This document shows, in pieces, positions 37,575 to 50,584 of a stretch of DNA of 64,000 bases. The position numbers and the translations under genes were made by a program. The notes beneath the pieces are model-generated. The model did no database searches. It saw only the letters and a program-made list of their open reading frames with translations, and was not told the DNA's origin. The stretch's first letter is position 1; each line of letters opens with the position of its first letter. The DNA is from Vicugna vicugna (taxonomy: Eukaryota): assembly GCA_013265495.1 (NCBI GenBank), contig MU058213.1, forward strand, positions 4,650,001 to 4,714,000, read 5' to 3'.

Positions 37575-38607
37575 AATTAGGGTATAATTGACATGGCATT
37601 AGTTTCTGGTGTACAACATGATATGATATTTGTATATGTTGCAAAATGATCACAATAAGTCTAGTTAGCATCCAGTTAAAAGACTTTTTCCTTTTGATGA
37701 GAATTTTCAATATCTACTCTCTTAGTGGCTTTCAAAAATACGTAATTCAGTATTATTAACTATAGGTGCCATGCTGTACATTACATCCCCATGAATTATT
37801 TATTTTGTAGCTGGAAGTTTGTACCTTTGTACCCCTTCACCCATTTCAACCAACCCCCCCCCAGTAACCACCAATCTGTTATCTATATCTATGAGCTTGT
37901 TTTTTTTTGTTTTTGTAGATTCCCACAAAGAAATGAGATCATATGGTGTCTGTCTTTCTCTGATTTGTTTCACTTAGCATAATGCTGTCAAAGTCCATCC
38001 ATGTTTTTGCAAATGTCAGGATTGCCTTCTTTTCTATGGCTGAATAATATTCCATTCTATGTATATTACCACCTCTTCATTACTCATTTATTCATTGAGG
38101 AACACTTAGGTTGCTTTCATAACTTGGCTATTGTAAATAATGCTGCAATGACATTGAGGGGTGGGGTGCATATATCTTTTCAAGTTAGTGTTTTCATTTC
38201 CTTTGGATAAACACCCAGAAGCAGAGTTGCTGGATCCTATGGTAGTTCTATTTTTAATTTTGTCGGGAACCTCCATACTGTTTTCCATAGTGGCTGCACC
38301 AATTTACATTCCCGCATCCTCAGCATCACTCATTACCTCTTGCCTTTTTGATGATAGCCATTCTGACAGGGGTGAGGTGATAACTCATTGTGGTTTTGAT
38401 TTGCATTTCCCTGATGATTGGTGATGATGAGCACCTTTTCATGTGCCCTGTTGGCCATCTGTATGTCTTCTTTGGGAAAATGTCTAGTCAGATTTGCCCA
38501 TTTCTAAATCAGATTGTTTTTTTTTGCTGTTGAGTTATGAGTTCTTTATGTATTTTGGAAATTAATCCCTTATCAGATACATGATTTGCAAATATTTTCT
38601 TGCATTC
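37575..38607 (-). mobile_element. L1MA-type 3' end (~1 kb)
   Basis: 3'UTR and ORF2 end; ORF 38106-38288 starts MENSMEVP; 'gcatttccctgatgattggtgatgatgagcacc'. Confidence 0.9.
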
Positions 38608-38689
38608 ACTATCACTTTTTATGTTTTTATATTATTATTTAAAACTATTGAATTTTCAAGAGTCTATTTCATTCCATATGTCAGCAGAT

Positions 38690-39058
38690 ATTTACTTATT
38701 AAGTACAGGTTGTGTGACATTTCCATATCTGTTTGTAGGCAGTCTTCACAACCTGGTGAGGTGGGCCTCCTCCTCCTCATTTCACAGATAGGAAACATTG
38801 TTGCTCAAACTCCCACAGTTGGTCAGCAGCATTCTGCAGTCTCCCTTGGAATGCGCCCAAACTAGATACCAGAAATCTGACTTCTAATCCCAGTCCTGCT
38901 ACCATCAGCTGTGTGACCTTGGGCATCTAACTTCTCTGCCTCCTTAACAGGGACGGACATTCATTACTGTTAGATTGTAAGTGGCAACCTTAATCTTATA
39001 CCTCTCCAGCAGTGTTTCTAAACACAGAGAGTGCTCAATAAATATTTGTAGATTTGAT
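38690..39058. mobile_element. MIR fragments and L2 3' terminus upstream of the promoter
   Basis: 'ctcatttcacagataggaaac'; 'ttctaatcccagtcctgctacca..gctgtgtgaccttgggca'; 'gtgctcaataaatatttg'. Confidence 0.6.
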
Positions 39059-39339
39059 TGTGGTAGGAGAAAAGTTATACCTTTAAGTTTGGCCAGGTGG
39101 GGAGAAAAAGGCTGCCTGGAAGGGTAGGGAGAAAACTAGGCTCAGGGGCTGTGGGCTGGGGGTGTGAAACGGGCAAGGCTTCCAGAAGCGGGGGAATTGG
39201 AAACAGCTGAGGCCCGGAGGTGAAGTATCGGGGATAACAAGGGAGGTGGCAGGACATTCCGATCTGGGGAAGGGTAAGGACAAAGCGTCGCTGGAGAGGG
39301 GTGTGAAGCCCGAGGTGAGATGGGGTGGAAAAGAGGTGC

Positions 39340-39960
39340 CGGTGTGGCGAGGGCGCGTGCCGGCCCGGCCGCGGAGGGGCGGTGTCGGGGTGCGGGGAGA
39401 CGAGTCCTGAGGGCCGGGGCGGCGGGAGGCAACGCGGGACTGCAGGGAGGGCCTGCTGGGCGCCTGGAGCGGGCGGGGCGGGGCTCAGGCTGCTCCAGCC
39501 TCCTGGCGGCGCCTCGGCCCCTGCACTCGGGCCGGGCACTGCTGACTGCGGCGGGAGCGGGACCCGGGAGGCGGCGGCTACGGTAAGTGAGCCGGGCGCG
39601 GGCGCGGGCCGGCTGTACGGCGGGACCCGGAGGGGCTCGGGCTCCGCCAGGTGTGCGGAGCTCAGCCCGCGCGTCCGCCCTCCCAGCCCCGCGCGGCGCA
39701 GCGCCGGCCACCAGGCGCGCGAGTCTTGGGGTTGGAAGGTGCGCTCCTGGCTCCCGCCCGCGCGCCCTGCCGGGAGGACGTGCGGAACAGATGGTGCGAG
39801 TTCCCGGGGGCCCGCGTCGCGGCCGGGACGAGGGAGGGGCTCCGGGAAGACTATAGTGAAGAGGGACTGGCAGCCCTGCGGCGACCCTCGGGCGCGAATG
39901 ACAACTGGGAGTGAGCCAGGGTTCCTTCGGGACCCAAAAGAGCGCCTCAGACCCGGTCCG
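39340..39960 (+). promoter_or_regulatory. CpG island promoter with Sp1/KLF GC boxes
   Basis: Abrupt very GC- and CpG-dense stretch; GGGCGG boxes near 39376, 39416 and tandem at 39471-39484; no TATA box seen. Confidence 0.9.
39490..39582 (+). other. Probable non-coding first exon of an unidentified gene (start approximate)
   Basis: Lies just 3' of tandem GC boxes; ends at consensus donor ACG|GTAAGT (intron begins 39583); no ATG in the exon. Confidence 0.7.
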
Positions 39961-40311
39961 ACCCTGCTTTACTGAATTGCTGGACGTGCTGGTCCCGACC
40001 ATCCCTGGAAAAGAAAGGGCTGGTGGGCACTCCTCTCTCCCTTGCTTTTCAAGGTCCAGACAGGTCGTCCCTGAAAGCCCCCGCCCCACGTAAAGCACAT
40101 ATCCAAGCTTTCCAAGGGACTTTTCCAAGTTGCATCACTGTTTGGCCTCTACATAGGTGCTTGGCTGTCATGTTGGAGTTAGTTACATAGGATTTTAGAA
40201 AACTTTGTATATTGACTGAGTATCTGTACCCCTTCACCCCAAGGCAGCAGTGCCTTTCCAACGCTGCTCACAACACGCTGTTCAAAACAGGATGGGAATT
40301 CTTTTGGGTAT

Positions 40312-40450
40312 TGGTTCTCAAACTTGGCTGCTCATCTAGAAAGTTTAAAAAAATGCTGATGCCTAGGTTCCACCTCTAGAGATCTGATTCAGCTGGTGTC
40401 GGGTGCAACCGGGACCATGGAATTTAAAAAGCCAGGTGATTCTAATGTGC
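40312..40450. mobile_element. MER5A-like hAT MITE
   Basis: 'tggttctcaaacttggctgc', 'aaaatgctgatgcctagg', 'ccaggtgattctaatgtgc'. Confidence 0.75.
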
Positions 40451-43400
40451 TCTGGGACGTGCTTTTTGCTTCCCATGGCCACTTTCTGAACCACTAGAGG
40501 TGATCTCAGGTACTCTTGACTCTACCTTCTGTAACCACCTCTTCACCTGAAGAGCCTGTCGTTTGGTGCTTTCCAACTTCAAACTGCAGATGGTGCCTTT
40601 TTCTGGAGTTCCCTTTGCTTCTTTCTCTGTTTACAGAAAATACTGCTAGTGCACTTTCTGTCAAGGAGGTGGGAGTGAAGGAATTAAAGTCATGAAGTCC
40701 TTGCAAGGGTCAAGGTTATAATACAGGGTCGTCCTCTTTAGGGAGAACTAAGTGATAGTTTGACTTGCCCTGTTTGGAAAGGATTTCAGATTAAAAGGAG
40801 GAAAAATAGTTTAGGATTCTGTCAGCTTTGGCAGACCCTGTGGCACAGATAATGATGTTGCATAAATATGGGAAATTTTTTTTTTTTAAGAACGCAAGCT
40901 GACAAGATCTTTAAGGTTTTGTGATAGATATGGTGTTACTATGTGTGCTAAGGTTTATTGAGTAGTTTGGGCTTATTCTTGATGTGTGATTAAGCCCAGC
41001 AGATGTAACAGTGTATATTTCTTGTTGATAGAAAAGTCCCTGAGTCAGGGAATTGCTGCCTTTACAGTAACATGACACATCTGAGGTGAGACCTTGGCTA
41101 CTTGTCGAATGATCTTAAAAATGATAGGAAAATACGACTAAGGAAAACCTGACCATGTGTATACATTGAGTGGACTTGATCATATGTTTTCTTAAAGTGT
41201 GTTTTCAGTGTCCTTGTTATTGACGGTCTCTTGGGATCTTGGTTAATACTGTGGTACCGAAGTATGATGTTGCTATTAGATTCCCACTTACGTGTTGCTA
41301 CCTGGCCACAACCCAGTGGATTTTATTTTTTTCTTAGGTGCTGGCCCACTATATTGCATTTTTATTAGTAGTGGAGTGACATACTTTTGAGAGAATGCCT
41401 TCCAGAGGTGGAGGAGCATTTGTGTTCATTTTTAACTCCTAACCTGAGTCAAATAATGATTTTTGAAAAATACAAAATTTTAAGTTTTGCCCCAGTTGGT
41501 TTTTCTCTTTTTCCCATCTTCCACTACCATGCCCTGCTCTTATCATTGTGTTCAATTGCTGGAAGTGGGGCCCGCTGTGGCAGCCGTCTTAATTGTCTTG
41601 GCTGGAGAATGGAGGTTATGTGGAGTGCATGGTCTCACAGGGTGGCCCCTGACCCGAATCCTCAACCTTTGGGGGAAAAGACCATATGGAAAGTGTTTTT
41701 CCTACTGTTGAGTTTTTTTGGACCAGGCTAACAAAGTGAAGTCAGTTATTGACTGGAGTGTTGACTTCCTAATCTTGTCTCCATTGGTGGGGAAGATGTT
41801 TATTTGAGAATGCTGTTGACCTCTTAGTGACTGATGAGTTACACCTGAACAGCAACAGTTAAACTGTGACTATTATAGTACGTTCTGGGAAAAAAAAAGT
41901 GTATGTAAATATGGACCTAAACAGATTTATTTAAACATTTCTTCCTTTGGAGAAGCAGCTCTAATATTCTAAAGTGATTTAGAAGAAAGTAAGTGAAGGA
42001 AGAGTGAGGGGCTTCATTTAGAGAAAGGGTTAACAGCATTCAGAGAGGGATCTTGGATTTGTGTTAAAAATAGACTGCCCTATTGGTTTCCCTCCCCCCC
42101 CTTTAAGTAGGGACAGTTAATTTGCTTGTGCTGATGGGGTGGGGGGTGGTTAAAGAACTTTAATGGCCTCCTTAACTCCCTTTCTCCCTGCAACCCTTTT
42201 ATCTAAGAGATGCCGTTGACTCTTAAAAAACACCACCGATTTTGTGCTCTTCCTTTCCTTCCCTCCCCTGAATTGAGCTTGGCACTAAAGGGCACTGAAA
42301 TGGCTGAGAGGTTGGCATCAGAGGAGGAAAACAAAGTCCAAGGGGAATTGAAAATTGGGTAACTTTCCCTGAATGACCAAGTGCTTACTTGATTCTGTCA
42401 TGTGACATGGCTATTATCAAGAAACAAGTTATGCCATGAAACCCCTGAAGATGGAAAAGGAAGAAAAAAGGGGACTTGATGGAAACAGCACCAGGGTGTT
42501 GACTGGCTTTCACACAGGGGAAGTATGTTGGAGTTTCCAGTCAAACGCCCCAGTTCCAGCCCCCTGCCCCCTTCCCTTTCGTCTTCAGCACTGTCCCCCA
42601 TCCCCCAAACCAGTATCCCTGGGAGAGAGTGCTTCATCTGAAATGCACACCAAATTTTTGTTTTTGTTGTTTCATTTCTTTAATCACTTTAACAAGTTCA
42701 ATTCTTACAAAGCCCTGGCAAAACTCTGTATTGCTCACTGAGTTTTTGGTAAACAGGGTACAGCCTCCGACTTAGGGAGCTTGAAGTCTGGTGATGTAAA
42801 TCGGGGGTCACGGTAAGTCGGGAGCGCTTAGACCCACGATGAGCATAAAGAGCTGTGAGGGGAGCCGTGTACCACCTGGCTTGTCCCACCTGGATAGTAA
42901 TGCCTCCTCATTTCATTGGCACAGCAGGCACAAGAAAAGCTTTACTTAGGTTTAAATTATTTTATTAAGTCTCTACATTAAGTTTTAAATAACCGATTTC
43001 AGATACTTTTTGATGGAGGAGAGGGAAGCATTCAAACACAGGTGGTGCAGAGGGGATGTGGGGAGTGAGGAAAGAGGAGGCCACATTCTGGCAGATGTGA
43101 TTGGCTTAGGGAGTACTTAACCACACGGTTCAGGGATGTTACCTGGGGTTGGGAAGCTGGTGGAGGATGTGGCTGGCTCCATCTCTGGCATGCTGGTAAC
43201 TGAAGCATACACGTAGTGAGCAGTGGCTGCCTCTCCTGTGCAGCACGGCCGGGAGGAGAGGCCAGCAGCTGTTGTACTGGACAGGCACGTGATTTGGTCC
43301 TTGTCTGTGACTCCAGCCAGTGTGTGGACATTCGTTCTTTATCATACTCTTTTCACTTTAGCTCAGGTTTCCTTGAACAGACAGGTGTTCCTTGGACATC

Positions 43401-43519
43401 ATCCTGCTTTTCCCTTGGGAAGGTGGTTTCCAAACAGCTGACCCATGGGACTAATAGCCCTAGGGTGTAAAGAGTAGTTAGCAGTGGGCTTGGCGCTTGT
43501 CTCTGTTGCTCTAAAACCC

Positions 43520-43670
43520 ATCCGTTTCAGAGTTAGGAGGCAATGGCCTCACTTTACAGATGCAGAAACTGAGGCCTCAGAGGTGCTGGACCCTGGGCAG
43601 CTTGGGTGCTCGGAAGCAGTGGTAGAGCTGAGGTTCGAGTGCTCGGATCAGCCTGAATTTAAAGCTAAGG
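43520..43670 (-). mobile_element. MIR SINE
   Basis: 'cactttacagatgcagaaactgaggcctcagagg..gtggtagagctgaggttcga'. Confidence 0.7.
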
Positions 43671-44744
43671 ACTTTCCACTGCTCCGTGTGCCTCTTAAGA
43701 GCTGATTGAGAAATTGTGTTTTCTGTGCCTTGTTTTTCTAACATCATAGTCTCCTTCAGTCTGGATTGATTTGCTGTTTCCCTCTGCTGGACGATGTGTA
43801 ATCTTAGACTTAAGATTACTGCAGGCTTGTCCTCTCTGGGGAAATCGTATGAAATCTTATTTTTTTGGCTTTTTTCATGGAGAGGGTAGATGAGGCTGTT
43901 TAGAAAGGCGCTGCATGGATCCCATTTCATAGGTTAGAGAGACATTATCTTCACATTTCTTCAAGATTTGTGAACCTCTGAATTTCTGTAGATGATTGTT
44001 GGATAAGAGATTAAAAAACAAAATTCAGTGTTGAACATTCTGGAGCAACACAAAGCTGGGCACGTTCAATTCCCATTTGTGGTACTCGCAACATAAACAA
44101 AACTTGGCTGCGTTGTAATTACCTCAAGCTCTTAAAATTATAGGTGAGAAAGGTTCAGTGGGTGCGCAAAGCTGTAATTAGCAAAGGTGAGTTGAAAACA
44201 GGGTTACTGTGTGTGTGTCCATTACTATAATGGGCTCTGGCTCTGTGTTTCTTCCTAAGAAGGATCAGCTCCGGGGAACGCTTGCAGGGGACTCAGTGGA
44301 GGGTCGTCATGGACTTAGTGTTTGGAATAAGCGCACAGGGTGAACCTGAAATATTTCAGCCGACCTGGCTGGCAGCCCCTTGTCTTACACGGCGGGGTTT
44401 ATTCCCCGCTGCCCAATCACAGGGCTTTTGACTTGCCTCAGGTAGGGTACATAATGTCTCAGGCTGTTACTTTGTAGGTTTCTTAAGTCTGTAAAAACCT
44501 TTTATTATTAATAATCTTTCACTATTGCTTCCCTCTTTGCTAGAGAATTGAGGCAAGATGACCAAGATTTTCTACTTTTGGCTTCAGTAATTCTCTTGGG
44601 CTTTACCTCTGACTTCCCCTGGCTTTCTACCCTGTATTTTACTGCATTTGAGACAGGCACTCTGTTTTCCCTTTGCAAATTGGAGTCTGTTCAGGGACGA
44701 GGACCCCTACGACCATAATCAGGGATCCTGTGACCAGGGATCAG

Positions 44745-44840
44745 TGTTGTTAGTCCCATTTTCCAGCTGAGGAACCTAGAGAGGTCCAGAGTTGGTACTA
44801 AGCTTGAGTTTGGGGATTCCAGCTTAGAGTCTGAGATACT
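44745..44840 (-). mobile_element. MIR fragment
   Basis: 'cccattttccagctgaggaacctagag'. Confidence 0.5.
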
Positions 44841-46759
44841 ATAACTGCTGTCCTCTTTTGATTTGATTACAAAGGAAAAAGAAACGGCCGAGCTTTCGAA
44901 GTTATGCAGAGGTTCTTGTACATCCTCTGAACTAATCCATTTCCTTGAGCTTTGCTGTAGCGGTATTATAGCTTTAAAAAAATTTTGATTCTCCACCATT
45001 TTTGCCCATGAGATTATTAAGAACAATGACTTACTCAAGAGTTATACTGCAGCAGGTAAAAAGTTAATTAGCCTGTCTCATTGCCCTAATCAAATATCAA
45101 AACCTGGAAAGTTTACTGAGAGTGGTGATTGCCTTGTGAAAGCTTTAAGAGTTGGAGAGGAACTGATAAAGAATGAAGGGAGAGATAAGAGAGAGAGGGG
45201 TTTGCAAAGGGACTGCTGGGTGGAGTTTACCAAATTTCAGACTTTTTCTAACTTGCGAGTTACAGGTTTGGGGCTCAAGCACCTTTGTTACACATGCAGT
45301 CAGACCAGCTCAGCCCTAACTGTGCTGCCTTGAGCCACCTGTAAGCTTTTTGGAGGGTAGGGTATAGGGTTGGAGAGAGGAAGTAGGGAAGCCCGGCAGA
45401 GGGTGGGGGTTGAGGGGTTTGGGGGGTGGGGAGGATTAGAGCCACTAGTTACCTGGTTCTTCGGGTCTGGTCTGCTCAGGGCATGACCACCTCTCACTCC
45501 AGGTAGGGTACCTGCCGTGAGTCCAGCTTCCTGGGTGTGAGGCAGCTGGGTGGGTGGGGTACAGAAGAGACAGAGGATCACCAGACTTCTCAGGAGGCCT
45601 GCCCAAATCAGTGGTTCTCATAATAATAGCAAATGCCTCTAGAGCACTGGCCTCTAGCCCTGACAGTGTTTAACCGAGCAGCTCTGTGAGATAGGTACTA
45701 TCACAAACCCAGCTTCAGGTTGGGGAAAGAAGGCCATGAGAAATTGGGCCACTTGTCAGAGCTGTGCGGCTACCAAGTGGTCCGTCGGATCCAGGCTTCA
45801 CACTCGTCTGGCCCTGAGCTGTGCCTCTTTGGACCTGGAGCCTGGTTGCTGCTCGGGCTCCTCATTCATCCACTCAATACCCCAACTCGTTTATTTCTTC
45901 ACAGGTGGTTGGCTGCTTGGACATGGCTTTATCTCAGCAGTTAGAACACCACCTGCGCCCTTTGCTTACATGTCTGGCCCCCCAAACCTGTAAACAAACC
46001 TGAGAAGAGGAGGGATATTGCCACTAACCTCACATCCCTGTGCCTAGCAGAAAATAGCTGCTCAGTGAGGTTCTGTGGGAGGAAGGATGGACATCAGTCA
46101 GCCCTTTGAAACGTGACATCCTGTGCTTCACCTGTCTGCCTGCTAGGAGTCATGATGATTTCTAAACAGAAAAACAGACGAGGGCTGGGAAGGGTGAAGA
46201 GTTTGGGGGGAATGTTTCACCGAAATAATCAGGGGGGATTCTTGATGAAAGCATGTTTCGAAAAAATGTATTGCAAGCTTTTATGGCCAGTGATGTGTGT
46301 TGTTTGTCTTTGTGCTTAAAGCATTTATTATTCGAAGGGCATGCCTACCCCCGGCTTGCAGATGATTTTGTGAGTCAAGGAAGTCCTTCAGACTTCCAGG
46401 CGTTGTTGGGACTGTTCTTGCCCACCAAGCCAGCAGGCTGTGTGTTGTTTGGAGTTGAGGATCAAATCCCTGGAGGATTCAAGTCCACCGTCCATGTTCC
46501 CAGGGCAGGGCTCAGTTTAACATTCAAACATGTAAGCTGGTGGAAGGTCTGTCTATCTGTTGTCTCCTCCTTCCGTCTTCACTCGGTGGGTTGAGAGCAT
46601 TGGGGTCTCACCTGCTTGAACTGGAAGCCATGTTTGCCCATCACAAGGAGTGGGGTGGTCTGGGCAGCTTCCTCATCCACTTTAGGAAAATGGGCATGTA
46701 GCCCTTAGCTCATAGAGTTGTTAGGGCAGCATCTCTGTGACAAAGTACAGTAGCCCTGA

Positions 46760-46944
46760 AACGGGGCCCCACTGGGGAGACATTTGGCAGTATCTGGAGA
46801 CGGCTTGGTTGTTAGTGGTGGCCACTGGCATGTCGGTGGGTAGAGGCCAGAGAAGATGCTGAGCATGCTACAATGCACAGGACAGTCCCCACAACAAAGA
46901 ATCTTCCAGCCCCCAAAGTGAGCAGTTGGAGGCTGAGAACCTGG
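46760..46944 (+). mobile_element. MER20 hAT-Charlie MITE
   Basis: 'gacatttggcagtatctggagac', 'gggtagaggccag..gatgctgagcatgctacaatgcacaggacagtccccacaacaaagaat'. Confidence 0.85.
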
Positions 46945-47554
46945 CCAGGTGGCACCTTTAACAGCAGTGGTGGTTTTTAACATCTCTTATCAAAGGAAAC
47001 TTTTGGCTAGTGACATACAGCCCTGCTTTCTTAAGTGGGGTGGAAGGGATGGAATTTAACCTTTTGCTGGGGCTTCTGGGACTCTCCACAGGGGCCCCTG
47101 AAATGTGGGAAGACTTGCTTTCCTCTCCATTAAGTGCTCTTTAACTTCATTTGTAATTGCGTGCTCCTATTTACATATAAATAATACATACACATTTACA
47201 TGTAAATAACTTATATGCTAAAAAAAAAATCCCTGGCTCTTCAGGAAGGCTGTAGCATGGGGTCCTGGAGAAGAAGCCAGGACCCGCTGTGTGGCCTGAG
47301 GTCAGCTCCAGACCTCGGGAGGCTGGCTTTTCTCTGTGAAAGGACGAGTGATCGCATCACCCTGCTGTCTTATCGTATTGTTTCCAGGACTAAATAAAAT
47401 AAATCTGAACCCATGAGAATAGCTCTGTATAAGTGAAGTAATTCTACACACATGAAGGTGTAGTTTGTTTCCTAAGACGTGCTTTTGAACATGTTTGTCA
47501 GAGAACTCCATGCATAAGTAGTCCCTCGGGAAATGCCACCAAAAATGGATTAGG

Positions 47555-47679
47555 AGCACAAGGAATTATATTCAATATTTTGTAATCACCTTTAATGAAA
47601 GAGTATGGAAACGAATATATGTGCGTATATGCATGACTAGGACATTGACACATTGTAACTGACTATACTTCAATTTAAA
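47555..47679 (+). mobile_element. Short young L1 3' end with TSD
   Basis: 'gacacattgtaactgactatacttcaatttaaaa'; TSD aaaaatggattagg (47541-47554) / aaaaatgaattagg (47680-47693). Confidence 0.85.
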
Positions 47680-48159
47680 AAAAATGAATTAGGGCTCAAG
47701 AACCAGAGAATATCCATGTTGGGGGCCCAGTGGTTAACGAGGCCCAGAAAACACGCCTGCTGGGGAGCGTACAGTTCGGAGGCTATGTGCCCAGGGTTGA
47801 GGGCATGAGTGTGGGTGTGCACGACCTTGTCACCTCCCTCTGGGTTCATCCTTTGGCTTTTCCCCTGTTTACCAGGGGACCCGGGTCAAGCTCCTTGACC
47901 TCCTTGTGTTTTGGTTTCCTTGCCTGTGAATGAGGCCAGTGATAGCACCACTGCCCCACAGCACCCACAGCTGTGGGGGGAAGTGACCTGCCTTTAAGTG
48001 CATAGTGCACATGGGAAGCTTAGTTCAGTAAATGAGTTGTTCATAGTAAGTGATATTTATTACTCTGGGCTATGGCAGGTATTCTTTTACTCCAGTGAGG
48101 AAAGGGTTCCTCCCAGGTTAAGGGCTGAGAAGGGATTTTTCCGGAGTTCCTGTTAGCAA

Positions 48160-48470
48160 TTTTTAATCTTACGGTGGTAAAATTCACACAATGTAAAGTT
48201 GACCATTTTAGCCAATTTACGGTGGATGGGTCAGTGGCATGAAGTCCATTCCCAGCATTGCACAACCATCACCGCTATCTCATTCCAGGACTTTTTCATC
48301 ACCCAGAAGGAAATCCTGTAACCAGTAGGCAGGCATTTCACATTGCCCTCTCCCCCCAGACCCTTACACTGCCAGTCTGCTTTCTGTGTCTGTGGCTTCC
48401 CCTGTTCTGGGCATTCTGTGTAAATGGGATCATACAACACGCGGCCCTGCGGTCTGACTTCTTAGTGTCA
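48160..48470 (-). mobile_element. L1MB-type 3' end
   Basis: 'cacaaccatcaccgctatctcattccaggactttttcatcaccca', 'tctgctttctgtgtctgtgg..ttctgggcatt..taaatgggatcatacaa'. Confidence 0.8.
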
Positions 48471-49954
48471 CGTTTCCCAGGCCCACCTGTGTACCGCAGG
48501 GAATGCCAGCACCTCACACCTTTTACCTGGTGTCTTTGTGGAATAATGCAAGCCTCAGTGCCATCAGGCCTGTTCTCCCACATCATGTCCTGTTTTCAGA
48601 CTTTAAAATGTCAGTCTTCGTTTGTTTGGGTGCTTTTTGGCGAGCCTTAGTTTTCCTACTTTCCCCATCCAGTGATTCCAGTGACCCTAGAAATGAATAT
48701 TGGAATGAAGCTCTCATGCCGAGTTCTTGGTGCTGCTGGGGAGTAGGTCTTTTATTTCTGAAGAGTGAACGGCGGGAGCACACTGGCCCCCAGAGTTGTG
48801 TTCACTTCCCCAGGACAGCGTGGCAGGTTTGAAAAACTAGTTTCTGGAAAGAACACCCACCAGGCCCTTTTATTCCTCTGTTAAAGAGCTTTCCACATGA
48901 GAAGTGGCCCTCAATTAAGTCATTTAATACAAACCTCCCTCTGTTTTAAAGCTGTCTTGGGAAGTGTTTACATTGAATGCCACTGCAGGCTTCTGAGTGA
49001 GGAGCTGTGGAGTGAGGGCTCCTTAACCTGTGACTTTAATCACGTCGTCTGCAGTAGGTTTCCAGGTGGAGGCCTGGCCGGATTTGTCATTGGCCCAGAC
49101 AACCTGAACTCTATCCTCCTCCCACCCCCTCAGCCATCACTGGTGGGAGATTCCGAGAAGCCTAAAGCCCTATAAAGATGGAAAAGTAGCTCCTGGAGAG
49201 AGGCTAGGCTGAATGGAGGTGGTGTGCCAAGCACCCCCACCCCCTGCCCCACCTCCACCCTGCCCCCCAGTTCTGATCCTAGTAACAGGGTTGGGGGCTT
49301 CAGTGAGAAGAGACGAAAGCAGTTAGGAGAGCAGCTCAGGGCTCTGAGATTCTGGGTCCTTGAGGCGAGGCCTGAGCTTTCAGCCAGGATTCAGCACTTT
49401 GCTGGGCGAAGGGCCATGGGCCCTTAGAGCTGAGGAGGCTCTGCTTTCTGCTCTGATTCTGGACAGGTGAATAGGCCCAGCTAAGAGGAAGCAGGGTGTT
49501 GGCAGCTTTGGGGGCTTACGAAGTTCTTTTGTGGGAAACGCTAGGATTTATCACAGAGGAGTGTCCAGGGAAAAGCTGTGTGCTGAAATCAAGGGTGCTC
49601 TGGGATGGCCTTTCCTTTGTGCTGCTGTCCTTGGGCTCCAGGACAGGAGGATGGGGAAGCCCAGATCCTGGCACGGGTTGGAGTTTGCAGAGAGGCTGCA
49701 GGACCTGGTCCTTGTGAGCCTGGACTCTGGCCCTGGACTGCCAGGGCCAAATCCTGCCTCCGAGGTTATATGTTATATGAGTTAACCTGTGTAAAGTACT
49801 TAGAACAGTGTCTGCAAGGGGAGGTGTATATGGGTATGTGCTTATTATTCTGACACTTATGTGAATCCCCAGTCAGAGTCGAAAAATGCTTCTTATTTTC
49901 GGAGCTAATTCACCTCCATACCCAGCAGGCTTGTGCAATCCATGGGAGAGAGTG

Positions 49955-50146
49955 AGGTCACTGAACCCTTAAAATAACATGACATACAGATGGGGTAATC
50001 ATGCTTGATGAATCTGTTAAGTTCTCTGAGGGAGAGAATAAATGTGGTAAGAAGGGCAAACCAGTGGATATAATTTATTTAGATTTCCCAAAGACCTTTG
50101 AAAAGACTTAATGCCAAAGGTTATTAAATATGTGAGTCTCCCATGG
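49955..50146 (+). mobile_element. CR1/L3-clade LINE reverse-transcriptase fossil
   Basis: Translation SCLMNLL/(frameshift)FSEGENKCGKKGKPVDIIYLDFPKTFEKT*CQRLL resembles the CR1 RT motif SCLTNLL.FFE....VD.G..VD..YLDF.KAFDKVPH.RLL. Confidence 0.75.
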
Positions 50147-50584
50147 CTCTGCATGTGGAGGTCTTTTAAGAGTATATTTGTGAAAGGAAGTAGATTTCAT
50201 CATCAATAAGTATAAGAATCAGATCCTTAAATGCTCAGATGCTGAATTTCATTCCTTTTGTGATTTAACCCCAGACAATGAGTGAATAAAATGAATAGAA
50301 GCTTTGTCAACACCCACTGCTCTCCCCCAGTAGGATTTAGGAAGCTAGGGGGTTTGCTAGACTCAAAAGATACCTGTAGGAATTACTACTTTTTGTATGT
50401 AATTTTTCATTGTGCTCCATTTCCTGTGGGCTTGGCATGGTTCCTCATGTGTAGGAGTGCTCTGTGTGTGTGTAAAAGATGAATAAATTAAGACCCCCTT
50501 AACATAAGCACGAATATTTCACTAGTGCATGTCTACTACTACTACTCCAGGCAGACTTAACATTATATTTGGTCTTTTGATGGT

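Noticed and set aside
39142..40128. 328-aa minus-strand ORF and overlapping 216-aa plus-strand ORF
   Set aside because: Arg/Pro/Gly/Ala-rich translations expected from stop-poor CpG-island DNA; no recognisable domain
41325..41460. Acceptor-like ttttttttcttag|GTG
   Set aside because: No matching donor nearby; such sites are common in T-rich introns
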